From an uncultured Pseudomonadota bacterium (GTDB lineage Bacteria > UBA10199 > JADFYH01), in assembly GCA_964457215.1 (NCBI GenBank), contig CAYWGE010000001.1, positions 1 through 36,929 of the forward strand: a stretch of 36,929 bases of DNA, written 5' to 3'. A program made the position numbers and the translations under genes. The notes under the pieces are model-generated. The model was not told where the DNA came from. It made no database searches and saw only the letters and a list, made by a program, of their open reading frames with translations. Positions 1 to 9,015 of the stretch are shown here, piece by piece. Each line of letters starts with the position of its first letter. Within the stretch, counting starts at the first letter, position 1.

Positions 1-852
1 GGTAATAGTACCCGCTCCCGATCGGCACACAATCAAATCGGCTTTCAAATACAAATCGTGGATATTATGGACAAAATCATACACTTCGGCCTGGATGGAT
101 TGGGTTTGATACGCTTGTTTTACTTCCTCTAAATCGGTTTTTCCCGTTTGGTGGAGAATTTTTAAGCCCGGAAAATCTTTTTTTAATAAAGGCACCGCCT
201 GAGTGACTGCTCGATTAATGGATCTGGCCCCTTGAGACCCACCCAAGACCAAAAGCGTAAACTCTTTTTCGGACTTATTTTCTTCCCCTAAACCTAAATC
301 CTTTCCCAATTCTCTGTCTAAATGAGAGGAATTCATCGAAATAAAAAAGTTCTTCCGCACCGGATTGCCGCTAAACACGGTTTTTCGGGGTTTAAAAAAC
401 TGCCGAGCATGTTCAAAACAAATAAAGATACGGTCGACAAATTTTCCTAAAATCCGGTTGGTAATCCCCGGAATAGAATTTTGCTCTAATACCGCTGTGG
501 GAATTCTCAAAAAACTCGCCATCAAGACCACCGGCCCCGATGCATAGCCCCCAATACCAAACACTAAACTGGGTTTTTCTCGGCGCAAAAGTTGAAATGA
601 TTTCAAAAGAGAAGAAGGAATTTGAAACAAGGTTTTTAAACGAAAGGCAATGCCCTTTCCTTTAAGGGGTTTCACGGGAATATATTCTAAGCGATACCCA
701 TTTTTCGGTACGATTTCTTTTTCTAAACCGTATTCCGTACCCACAAACACAATATCGGCAGGATTTAAACCCCGTTCTTGATATTCTTCCGCCAAGGCAA
801 TTCCCGTATATAAATGACCGCCCGTCCCCCCACCTGCAAACAAAATTTTCAT
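1..852 (-). CDS. murG: UDP-N-acetylglucosamine--N-acetylmuramyl-(pentapeptide) pyrophosphoryl-undecaprenol GlcNAc transferase MurG; the 3' end runs off the window
   Basis: The reverse complement of 781-852 reads MKILFAGGGTGGHLYTGIALAEEY, which contains the MurG GGTGGH motif. The frame stays open to position 1, where it reads ..CRSGAGTIT. The SD GGAGGGGAG lies 6 nt upstream on the minus strand. The ORF is missing from the track only because it has no stop in the window. Confidence 0.9.
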   Translation of the reverse strand, partial: MKILFAGGGTGGHLYTGIALAEEYQERGLNPADIVFVGTEYGLEKEIVPKNGYRLEYIPVKPLKGKGIAFRLKTLFQIPSSLLKSFQLLRREKPSLVFGIGGYASGPVVLMASFLRIPTAVLEQNSIPGITNRILGKFVDRIFICFEHARQFFKPRKTVFSGNPVRKNFFISMNSSHLDRELGKDLGLGEENKSEKEFTLLVLGGSQGARSINRAVTQAVPLLKKDFPGLKILHQTGKTDLEEVKQAYQTQSIQAEVYDFVHNIHDLYLKADLIVCRSGAGTIT

Positions 853-1022
853 AATTTACTCCCCTCCAAATTCTTTTCGACCCCGATCTTTAGCTGGAAT
901 ATTTCACGCAACTTTATCAACGCTAGACCGATATTATGCACACCCACGGCCTTAAAGGGCAGTGAAAATTTTAAAGTATTTAGAGATCAAAAGCCGCGAA
1001 TTCAGTTTTAATAAGGAATAAT

Positions 1023-2348
1023 ATGACCACCTATTTTTTTAGAAATATTGAAGTTTGTAATATTAGTGCAACCACTCTTCATCCAAACAGTAGCGAATAT
1101 CCACCCGTTTGTCAGATTCACGATATTACTATTCAACCGGGCGATACCAACACCAGACTAGACCCTGTAGATGGTATAATTATCAGCGGCTCTTCTCTGC
1201 CCGAACAACCCAGTAACCAACACACTTTTACTCGGGCCGATGCCTTGACAGCAATTACAGGATTAGGGCTCGATAACCCCGACCTTAACCGCGTAAACCT
1301 TCAAGCCGCTCTTGATTATTCTTATGTAAAAACTCATGCCGAACAAGCCATGATTTTTTTAAGCCGAAATTCTCGAAGCCAAGAAATTCTCTTATCCCTA
1401 GATCGGCGCGCAATAGTTTTTAACCGACTTTATCCAAGTCAAAGACAACATTTAGATATTCGCCCTATTTATTTTGCCCGCCCTGAAAATAATTTGGCGC
1501 TTGCCGATTCATTGGCGGTCAATTCAGCCTTAGACCTCGTCGCAGAAATTTTGAGTCATCCCACTTCTGCTGAAGATCCTTACATTCCAAGCACAGAAGA
1601 AATTTCACTTGTTTATTTTCTCCTTGAAGAAACGAAAATTTGGGCGAATGCAAATTCAAATGATTCACAACGCGAAGCCCTCTTAAATCGCCGTACTCAG
1701 CTCATGAGCCGGCTTCTTGACCAACTTTTTCGAGATCCATTTAGAGATATAGACACCTATGTTCAAGCCGCTTTGAGAGATCCGTTTTTAAGCACTGCGG
1801 GGTTGAATCAAATGATTCTTCTTCTCACTCAAATGGATTCTCCAGCTTCGGATTATCGGAGTCTGCCCAATTACGTTTCCTATAACTCTCTATGTTCTAG
1901 AAGCATCGCAATCTTAAAACAGGCTTTAGTCGCTCAACCCTTGCAACGAGCACGAGAAATTTCTGGCGCCCGCATCAATCTGGGTCAAGAACTCCGAGTC
2001 ATACCTCAAGTGCTGACTCAGCTGCGCACCGCTCTTGACCAAGCTCAAACAAACTCCTCTCAAGGAGTGGCTATACGAGCCGATCAAAAACAATTTATTC
2101 GCCTGATGTTGAATTATTGCCGAGCAAGTTTGAATGCGCTTATTAGGCGTACCGCAACTCCTGCCCGAACTTTAGATGCGGGAGCTCCTGAAATACTCGA
2201 TGCCAGCATGAGCACTGATGTTGATGCAGTTGTAGTGGATGCCATCGACTACCCTATTCAAACTCCACAACAATTATTAGGTGAGATTACTGCTCTAACA
2301 CAACGCTTAGCAGCATTTGAAACCACACGAAGCCAACCGGCTCGTTAA
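1023..2348 (+). CDS. Hypothetical 441-aa protein that is lysine-poor, Arg/Gln/Leu-rich, predicted soluble, and has no recognisable domain
   Basis: It is a long uninterrupted ORF with AAGGA 7 nt upstream of the ATG. I count 4 Lys against 35 Arg. I see no TM segment or signal peptide. It lies on the opposite strand from the surrounding dcw genes. Confidence 0.6.
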   Translation: MTTYFFRNIEVCNISATTLHPNSSEYPPVCQIHDITIQPGDTNTRLDPVDGIIISGSSLPEQPSNQHTFTRADALTAITGLGLDNPDLNRVNLQAALDYSYVKTHAEQAMIFLSRNSRSQEILLSLDRRAIVFNRLYPSQRQHLDIRPIYFARPENNLALADSLAVNSALDLVAEILSHPTSAEDPYIPSTEEISLVYFLLEETKIWANANSNDSQREALLNRRTQLMSRLLDQLFRDPFRDIDTYVQAALRDPFLSTAGLNQMILLLTQMDSPASDYRSLPNYVSYNSLCSRSIAILKQALVAQPLQRAREISGARINLGQELRVIPQVLTQLRTALDQAQTNSSQGVAIRADQKQFIRLMLNYCRASLNALIRRTATPARTLDAGAPEILDASMSTDVDAVVVDAIDYPIQTPQQLLGEITALTQRLAAFETTRSQPAR

Positions 2349-2367
2349 ACGGTATTCAGATGCAATA

Positions 2368-3477
2368 CTAATATTCCCCGGGCGACTCTTTACCCTGCGA
2401 GGTAATATTCAAGACAATCCCCATACAACTGGCCATCACGATAAGTGAGGTTCCGCCGTGGCTGATGAAGGGAAGCGGCAAACCTTTGGTGGGAAGTAGT
2501 CCCATCACCACTCCAAAGTTAATAAGCGATTGCACGGCGATCAGTGAAATAATTCCTAGAGCAAGATAAGTTCCGAATAAGTCTGGGGCACGGAGTGCGG
2601 CACGAATACCTCGGATTATCAAGATTAAGAAAATTCCGATCACAAATAAAACTCCAAACAGCCCCAACTCTTCTCCCACTACCGAAAAAATAAAATCGGT
2701 GTGCGCAGCCGGCAAATAAAAAAGCTTTTGCTTGCCTTGGCCTAATCCCATGCCCCAAATCCCCCCCCGATTAAACCCCATATAAGATTGGATAATCTGA
2801 AAACCCGTATCGCTCATATGCGTCCAAGGGTCTAAAAAAGCCAAAATACGTTGGCGGCGATAATCCACCGAGAAAATCAAAAAATAAAGGGCGGGAATAG
2901 AAACCAATACCGCGCCTGCAAGATAAGAGATACGGGTTCCACCGACAAAAAGCAAAATCATCATCACTACCCCCAAGGTAAAGGTAGTGCCCAAATCTTT
3001 TTGGAGAAGAATTAGCCCCATAATGAGTCCCGCCACTATGATGTTGGGGAGAATACCAATGGTAAATTTTTCCATCTTTTCTCGCTTTTTCGCGAGCGAG
3101 TAGGCTAAAAAAAGAATGAGGGAGAACTTAGCGAGCTCTGAAGGTTGAAATGTAAAACCCCCTAGAGCAATCCAACGGCGAGCCCCACCTGCCTTCACCC
3201 CAATGCCCGGAATCGCCACTAAGATACAAAGAAACAAACTCGCAAAAAGGAGAGGATACACCCATTTCCAATAAATGTGATAATCCACCCTCATTAAGGT
3301 AAATAAAAAACCTAAGGCAATTAAGGCAAAGACGATTTCTTTTTTAAGGTAATAGTAACTATCTTGAAAACGTTCCTGAGCGAGAATAGCGGAAGCCGAA
3401 TAAACCATCAGCACCCCAATAAAAATAAGGAGCAGCGTGCAGAGCAGAAGGCCATAATCGGTGCGACGAGTTTCCAT
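2368..3477 (-). CDS. ftsW: SEDS-family peptidoglycan glycosyltransferase FtsW
   Basis: It is a polytopic membrane protein with FtsW/RodA-like sequence (..FQPSELAKF.., ..LPTKGLPLPFISHGGTSL..). It sits directly after murD, and its start shares 1 nt with the murD stop (TAATG). Confidence 0.9.
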   Translation of the reverse strand: METRRTDYGLLLCTLLLIFIGVLMVYSASAILAQERFQDSYYYLKKEIVFALIALGFLFTLMRVDYHIYWKWVYPLLFASLFLCILVAIPGIGVKAGGARRWIALGGFTFQPSELAKFSLILFLAYSLAKKREKMEKFTIGILPNIIVAGLIMGLILLQKDLGTTFTLGVVMMILLFVGGTRISYLAGAVLVSIPALYFLIFSVDYRRQRILAFLDPWTHMSDTGFQIIQSYMGFNRGGIWGMGLGQGKQKLFYLPAAHTDFIFSVVGEELGLFGVLFVIGIFLILIIRGIRAALRAPDLFGTYLALGIISLIAVQSLINFGVVMGLLPTKGLPLPFISHGGTSLIVMASCMGIVLNITSQGKESPGEY

Positions 3478-4823
3478 TATAATTCCTTTACCTGTTTTTG
3501 GAATTCTTGTCCGCGATGTTTATAGTCTCGAAACATATCAAAACTCGAACACGCCGGCGAGAGTAAAACCACATCGCCTTTCTCAGCCAAACGTGACGCC
3601 TCTTGCACAGCAGCCTTCATTGAATTTACTTCGACAATGGGGACCGTATCTTTTAGTGCTCTGTGAATTTTTTCTTTGGCCTCCCCTAAAAGAATCAAAG
3701 CTTTCGCCTTATTTTTTACCAAGGCGCGCAACACCGAGTAGTCGCCTCCTTTATCTTTGCCACCTAAGATAAGCACCACCGGCTTTTCGAAACTAGCAAG
3801 AGACATGACCACAGCACCAACGTTAGTGCCCTTCGAATCATCATAATAATCAACTTCATTAAACTCTCTCACCCATTCGAGCCGATGGGGAAGCGCCTTA
3901 AAACTTTCTAAAGTCGATTGAATAAAAGAAGAAGATACTTTTGCGAGCTCTGCCATTGCAATGGCGGCCATCATATTTTCGATGTTATGCAAGCCTTGCA
4001 GCGAAGCTTTTTCTAACGAATAGAGCACTTCTTTTCCTGAAACTTCGGAGAAAATTTCTTTTTCACTCTTCCAAAAAATACCATTTACAGTTTGGGTGGA
4101 ACTAAACGGAATTTTTTTCGCTTGCTGAGTCTCCAGTGCTCTTAACACATGCACATCATTTGCATTATAAACTAAAAAATCCTTGGAGTTTTGATTCATC
4201 CCTATTCGAGCCTTCGCGGCCGTATATCCTTGGATATCGCCATGGCGTTCAAAATGATCATCCGTGATATTTAAAAGGGCAGCAATGTGTGGATGAAAAG
4301 TTTGAGTGGTTTCTAATTGATAACTACTCACTTCGAGCACAAACCAATCGGGATTGGGATTGCGGGCAATCATTGAAATCCAAGGTTCACCCAAATTCCC
4401 TCCTACTTCCACGCAAAGTCCTGCATTCTTAAGGATTTGTCCCACGAGCTCCGTCGTCGTGGATTTTCCATTGGTTCCTGTAATGGCAATCACAGGAGCT
4501 TTGGTAAATTGGTTGGCAAACTCCAGTTCTCCGGTAATTTCGATGTTGAAAGATGCCGCCAGGCTTATCACTGGATGTTTCAATGAAACTCCAGGGCTCA
4601 CCAGACAAAACCGGATTTCTTTCCAAGGAATAAAATGGGCATCGTCGGTGGTAAAAAATTCCACCCCTTGGTTAAACACAGCTTCCCAATTGGGACCCAT
4701 CATTTCACGGGGTAAATCATCTACGGCAAACACCCGGGCGCGTTTTTGAAGCAAAAACTCACACAAGGCATGGCCTGTTTTTCCAAGTCCAAGGACGACG
4801 ATATTTTGATTTTGGAGATCCAT
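3477..4823 (-). CDS. murD: UDP-N-acetylmuramoylalanine--D-glutamate ligase MurD
   Basis: It has an N-terminal Rossmann motif (VLGLGKTGHA) and the Mur ligase P-loop (GTNGKSTT). It occupies the canonical dcw position between mraY and ftsW. Confidence 0.92.
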   Translation of the reverse strand: MDLQNQNIVVLGLGKTGHALCEFLLQKRARVFAVDDLPREMMGPNWEAVFNQGVEFFTTDDAHFIPWKEIRFCLVSPGVSLKHPVISLAASFNIEITGELEFANQFTKAPVIAITGTNGKSTTTELVGQILKNAGLCVEVGGNLGEPWISMIARNPNPDWFVLEVSSYQLETTQTFHPHIAALLNITDDHFERHGDIQGYTAAKARIGMNQNSKDFLVYNANDVHVLRALETQQAKKIPFSSTQTVNGIFWKSEKEIFSEVSGKEVLYSLEKASLQGLHNIENMMAAIAMAELAKVSSSFIQSTLESFKALPHRLEWVREFNEVDYYDDSKGTNVGAVVMSLASFEKPVVLILGGKDKGGDYSVLRALVKNKAKALILLGEAKEKIHRALKDTVPIVEVNSMKAAVQEASRLAEKGDVVLLSPACSSFDMFRDYKHRGQEFQKQVKEL

Positions 4824-4853
4824 GATAAGATAAAAACTTTATCTCTTTCTCTT

Positions 4854-5008
4854 TAAATCAGAGTTGTGAATTTTTATTTTTCAAAGTGCCTGAGCGATCC
4901 TTAAAACATCGCCATCTAATAAAATCCGCTTCAGCGGCTTGTACCGTTGTTGGATGGCGATTCAAAACTGCGAGTTTTTGAAAAATAAAAATTCACAACT
5001 CTGATTTA
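4854..5008. repeat. Perfect 32-bp inverted repeat (4854-4885 / 4977-5008) enclosing a 91-nt core that has its own nested stems
   Basis: TAAATCAGAGTTGTGAATTTTTATTTTTCAAA and its exact reverse complement were read directly from the sequence. Inner complementary pairs are ATCGCCATC (4908-4916) with GATGGCGAT (4953-4961), and CCGC (4926-4929) with GCGG (4934-4937). The element fills the mraY-murD spacer. Confidence 0.85.
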
Positions 5009-5014
5009 TAAATC

Positions 5015-6091
5015 TCATCTCAACTTCAAAGTGGATAGCGATAAAATGGCAAGCACTAAACTAATGATCCAAAAACGTACAATGACTTTGGGCTCTGCCC
5101 ATCCTTTCAACTCAAAATGATGGTGGATGGGCGCCATTTTAAAAATACGTTTCCCCGTGAGTTGAAAAGAAGCGACTTGAGTGATAACCGATAATGCTTC
5201 GATGACGAAAATTCCTCCGACTAAAATCAAGAGGATCTCATTTTTTGTAATCACCGCAACCAGCCCCAAAGAAGCACCTAAAGCAAGAGAGCCTACATCG
5301 CCCATAAAAATTTCGGCCGGATAAGTATTAAACCATAAAAACCCAATCAAAGCTCCCATCACTGCACCGCAAAACACAGATACTTCGCCAGCTCCCGGAA
5401 TAGAAGCCACTTGAAGATAAGTCGCAATTTTTAGATTTCCTGCCACATAGGCAAAGATCGCATAAGTACCAAAGGCCATAATACTAGGCATTGCCGCCAA
5501 ACCATCGAGCCCGTCTGTTAAGTTCACGGCATTGGAAGCGCCCACAATCACGAAGGCAATAAAGGCTAAATAAAACCAACCTATATTCGGATGAAACTGT
5601 TTTAAAAAAGGAAAATGAACTTCTTGGTCAAAACCCAAATAGTTTAAAAGAATAAACCCTGCAATAAAGGCAAAAAGAAATTGGAGAAGAAGTTTGTAGC
5701 GCCCCTTTAATCCTTCATTATGTTTTCGGAGCAGTTTACGGGAATCATCAATAAAACCAATGGCTCCAAAACTAATAAAAACTCCCAGACACAACCAAAC
5801 GAGCGGATCGGTTAAACTTCCCCAAAGAAGCGTAGACACCGTAGCCGCTCCCAAAATTAAAACGCCACCCATGGTGGGAGTGCCTTTTTTACCTTGATGA
5901 CTTTGGGGGCCTTCTTCGCGAATCACCTGCCCCAGATGTTTTTCGGTAAGATATTCAATTAATTTTCGCCCAAAAAGTAGATAAATCAGCAAGCCTGTGA
6001 GCAAGGCCGCAAAAGTTCGGAAGGTGATATATTTAAAAACATTGAAAGCCTGAAAGTGTTCGTGAAGGGGATAAAGAAATTGATAAAACAT
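5015..6091 (-). CDS. mraY: Phospho-N-acetylmuramoyl-pentapeptide transferase MraY
   Basis: It has the typical MraY N-terminus (..FNVFKYITFRT..), conserved NAVNLTDGLDGLA and HHHFE motifs, and multiple TM segments. Confidence 0.95.
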   Translation of the reverse strand: MFYQFLYPLHEHFQAFNVFKYITFRTFAALLTGLLIYLLFGRKLIEYLTEKHLGQVIREEGPQSHQGKKGTPTMGGVLILGAATVSTLLWGSLTDPLVWLCLGVFISFGAIGFIDDSRKLLRKHNEGLKGRYKLLLQFLFAFIAGFILLNYLGFDQEVHFPFLKQFHPNIGWFYLAFIAFVIVGASNAVNLTDGLDGLAAMPSIMAFGTYAIFAYVAGNLKIATYLQVASIPGAGEVSVFCGAVMGALIGFLWFNTYPAEIFMGDVGSLALGASLGLVAVITKNEILLILVGGIFVIEALSVITQVASFQLTGKRIFKMAPIHHHFELKGWAEPKVIVRFWIISLVLAILSLSTLKLR

Positions 6092-6132
6092 GATTTTCCT
6101 TAAGTATAAAAAGAAAATTTATAAACCGGATT

Positions 6133-7518
6133 TCACACAGCCCCAAATTTTCCTTTAATTTTTTCTGTCACCTTTTCCATTTGAGCGCCACGCGAACCTT
6201 TTATCAACAAATATTGCGCTAAAGGGGTCCATTCCATAATTTTTCCAAGGACTTCATCTTGAGAGGTCGCTGCCACACCATGCAAAGCAGGCATCCCACC
6301 CTCTAAAGCCCCTTTCAAAACATCTTGGGCATAGGGACCCACCGCAATCAAAAATCCAATTTTATTTTTTGCAACCGATTGCCCGACCTGCCGGTGACCT
6401 TCGGAAACAAAATCCCCCAACTCTTTCATCTCACCCAATATCGCTAAACCGGGAGCTTTGCCTTTTAAACTGGCTAAAGTTTCTAAAGCTAAATCCATTG
6501 AAGAAGGGTTGGCATTATAACAATCATTCAAAATCACAATCTGATTTTTAAGCAGAATTTTTTCCATTCTCAGGGCTCGAGCCTGAAAAGTCTGTAGGCC
6601 TTTTTGAATTTCTTTGGCCTCCAAGCCCAAACCAAACCCTGCAGCAACCGCCGCCAAAACATTGCGCACCGCTGTTTTACCTAAAGCTGGGCAAGTAAAC
6701 GAATAAGCTTTCCCCAAATAACTCACCTCAAGCTCCACCCCTTTTTCGGTTAAACGAAATGCCGTGCAAGAAACATTCGCAGGGTTTTCGAGTCCAAAAG
6801 TAAAACGAAAGGCTCGGCTGGTCATTTTACAGAGATAAGGATCATCGATATTCACGAGCGCCAACGCCCCTGAAGGAAGCTTTTCGAATAATTCCCCTTC
6901 GGCACGCGCAACGCCTTCTAGATCTTTTAATTTTTCAAGGTGCTCAAACCCAATATTCGTAATCAAACCCGCCGTAGGCTCTGCAATTTCGGTGAGCCGG
7001 GCGAGCTCTCCAAAATCATTCATCCCCATTTCGATGACGGCAGCTTCGTGATTTTCTAATTTGAGCAGCATTTTAGGAACCCCAATTAAATTATTGAGGT
7101 TTCCTTCAGTCACTAAGGTTTTATAACGAGCACCCAAAACGAGGCCCGTCATATCTTTCGTAGTAGTTTTTCCGTTGCTTCCCGCGATTGCCAAAAGAGG
7201 AATTTTAAATTTTCTGCGCCAGGCATTCGCAATATCTCCGTAAGCTTTTAAAGTATCGGTAACTTCAATTAACGCGATCGACGCCGGGATATTTCCGGCC
7301 CAATGTGCTTTTTGAACAATAATTGCCAAAGGTTTTTTTGAAGTGAGCTCTTCAATAAAGCGATGCCCATCAAATTTTTCTCCAATTAAACATAAAAAAG
7401 CTTCTCCCGCTTGAAATGTGCGACTATCGGTCGAAATAGAGCGAACTATTTCATGAGAATTACCTTGAATGAGTTGCCCACGGCTTGCTTCTAAAATTTC
7501 TTGAATACTGAGTTTCAA
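6133..7518 (-). CDS. murF: UDP-N-acetylmuramoyl-tripeptide--D-alanyl-D-alanine ligase MurF
   Basis: It has the Mur ligase P-loop (GSNGKTTTKDM). It lies between murE and mraY, with a 4-nt overlap with murE. Confidence 0.9.
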   Translation of the reverse strand: MKLSIQEILEASRGQLIQGNSHEIVRSISTDSRTFQAGEAFLCLIGEKFDGHRFIEELTSKKPLAIIVQKAHWAGNIPASIALIEVTDTLKAYGDIANAWRRKFKIPLLAIAGSNGKTTTKDMTGLVLGARYKTLVTEGNLNNLIGVPKMLLKLENHEAAVIEMGMNDFGELARLTEIAEPTAGLITNIGFEHLEKLKDLEGVARAEGELFEKLPSGALALVNIDDPYLCKMTSRAFRFTFGLENPANVSCTAFRLTEKGVELEVSYLGKAYSFTCPALGKTAVRNVLAAVAAGFGLGLEAKEIQKGLQTFQARALRMEKILLKNQIVILNDCYNANPSSMDLALETLASLKGKAPGLAILGEMKELGDFVSEGHRQVGQSVAKNKIGFLIAVGPYAQDVLKGALEGGMPALHGVAATSQDEVLGKIMEWTPLAQYLLIKGSRGAQMEKVTEKIKGKFGAV

Positions 7519-9005
7519 AGAGATTTCTCCAAATATTTTTCAGCGATTTTGATATCGTTAAACGGATATTTTGCTTTGCCGACAATTTGATAATCTTCAT
7601 GGCCTTTGCCTGCAATGAGCAAAACATCCCCTTTTTGCAATCGACTCAGCGCAAATGCAATGGCCTTTTCACGATCGGGTTCTATCCAAAATTTTTTTTC
7701 ATTTTTCCAACCCGACTTTTCGAAGCCCGGCAAAATTTGATTGATAATTTCTCCAGGATCTTCGGTACGCGGATTGTCGTTGGTCACCACCGCAAAATCA
7801 GCATGCTCTGAAACTTCTTGAGCCATGAGTGGACGCTTAGTTTTATCTCGATCTCCTCCACAACCAAAAACCACACCTAAACGATTTTGTCCTTTTAACC
7901 GCGAAAGGGCTGTGGTGACTTGCTTTAAGGCATCGGGAGTATGCGCATAATCTACAAAAACAAAAACACCTTTTTCATTGACCACCCGCTCTAAGCGTCC
8001 TGGAACCTGAGAAAAATTGGTCAAAGCCTGACTCACGATAGAAAGATCAATTCCACACGCGCCCGCTACTCCAATGGCTGCTAACAAATTTTGTAGATTG
8101 TGAGTGCCGATCAAAGGACTATGAAAAGCACAAGTCCCCCAGGGAGTTTGAACGCAGACCTGAATTCCTCCCAAATTAAAATCCGCGGTAGTCGGATAAA
8201 TTTCTGCTTTATTTTCAGAAGAGAGACTAAAATAATAAAGTGCAATCTCTGAATTTGAAAAAGAAAGTTTTTTTACCCAAGGATCATCTTGATTTAAAAC
8301 CGCGAACTTCTTTTTCTTTTTACTGTGAAGGAGCAGCTCTTCAAAAAGACGTTTTTTAGCGGCAAAATATTCTTCCATTGTATGATGATAGTCGAGGTGC
8401 TCAGAACTTAAATTCGTGAAGACGGCCCCGTCAAACGAAAGTCCATCCACCCGCTTTAAGTCTAGGGCATGGGATGAAACTTCTAAGAGCGCCACCTGCA
8501 CCTTATTTTTAGAAGCTTGAGTTAAAAAAGATTGAATTTCGTAAGATTCAGGCGTGGTGTGAGAAGCGGCCTGCTCAAAACCCGAATATCTATAATTAAT
8601 TGTCCCCAATACCGCAGGAGAAAAACGGGCCTGCTTAAAAATTGCCTCTAAAAGATAGGTCAAAGTCGTTTTGCCGTTGGTTCCCGTAATACCAATCACC
8701 TTCATTTTTTCAGAAGGCTCGCCAAAAAAACGCGCGCTGATTTGGGCTAAAGCCAGGCGCGTATCAGGGACGATAATTTCAGCAGGATCCTCACTCGATT
8801 TTTTCTCGCAAAGTACTACTACGGCGCCTTTTTGAAAAGCCTGGGCAATATAATCATGGCCATCACTTGCAAAACCGCGAATGGCCACAAAAAGACAGCC
8901 CGGTTTTACTTTTCGAGAATCGTAAACTATCTCTTGGATTTCAACAGAAGCTTTCTCCGTCGAAAGAGGAATCCCCAAATCTTGCAATAAATAAGAAAGT
9001 TTCAT
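7515..9005 (-). CDS. murE: UDP-N-acetylmuramoyl-L-alanyl-D-glutamate--2,6-diaminopimelate ligase MurE
   Basis: It has the P-loop GTNGKTT and the DNPR motif (TNDNPRTEDP) that characterises meso-DAP-adding MurE enzymes. Confidence 0.92.
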   Translation of the reverse strand: MKLSYLLQDLGIPLSTEKASVEIQEIVYDSRKVKPGCLFVAIRGFASDGHDYIAQAFQKGAVVVLCEKKSSEDPAEIIVPDTRLALAQISARFFGEPSEKMKVIGITGTNGKTTLTYLLEAIFKQARFSPAVLGTINYRYSGFEQAASHTTPESYEIQSFLTQASKNKVQVALLEVSSHALDLKRVDGLSFDGAVFTNLSSEHLDYHHTMEEYFAAKKRLFEELLLHSKKKKKFAVLNQDDPWVKKLSFSNSEIALYYFSLSSENKAEIYPTTADFNLGGIQVCVQTPWGTCAFHSPLIGTHNLQNLLAAIGVAGACGIDLSIVSQALTNFSQVPGRLERVVNEKGVFVFVDYAHTPDALKQVTTALSRLKGQNRLGVVFGCGGDRDKTKRPLMAQEVSEHADFAVVTNDNPRTEDPGEIINQILPGFEKSGWKNEKKFWIEPDREKAIAFALSRLQKGDVLLIAGKGHEDYQIVGKAKYPFNDIKIAEKYLEKSL

Positions 9006-9015
9006 GATTCCACTT

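Noticed and set aside
365-1011. Plus-strand ORFs 365-547 and 814-1011.
   Set aside because: They lie antisense within the murG reading frame, which is strongly supported by the GGTGGH motif and a good SD. They are short and have no motifs, so I treat them as shadow ORFs.
2761-2768. A C8/G8 homopolymer inside ftsW, considered as a possible phase-variation tract.
   Set aside because: It encodes the conserved Gly-Gly of ..NRGGIWG.. in an essential gene with an intact frame. Nothing points to slippage.
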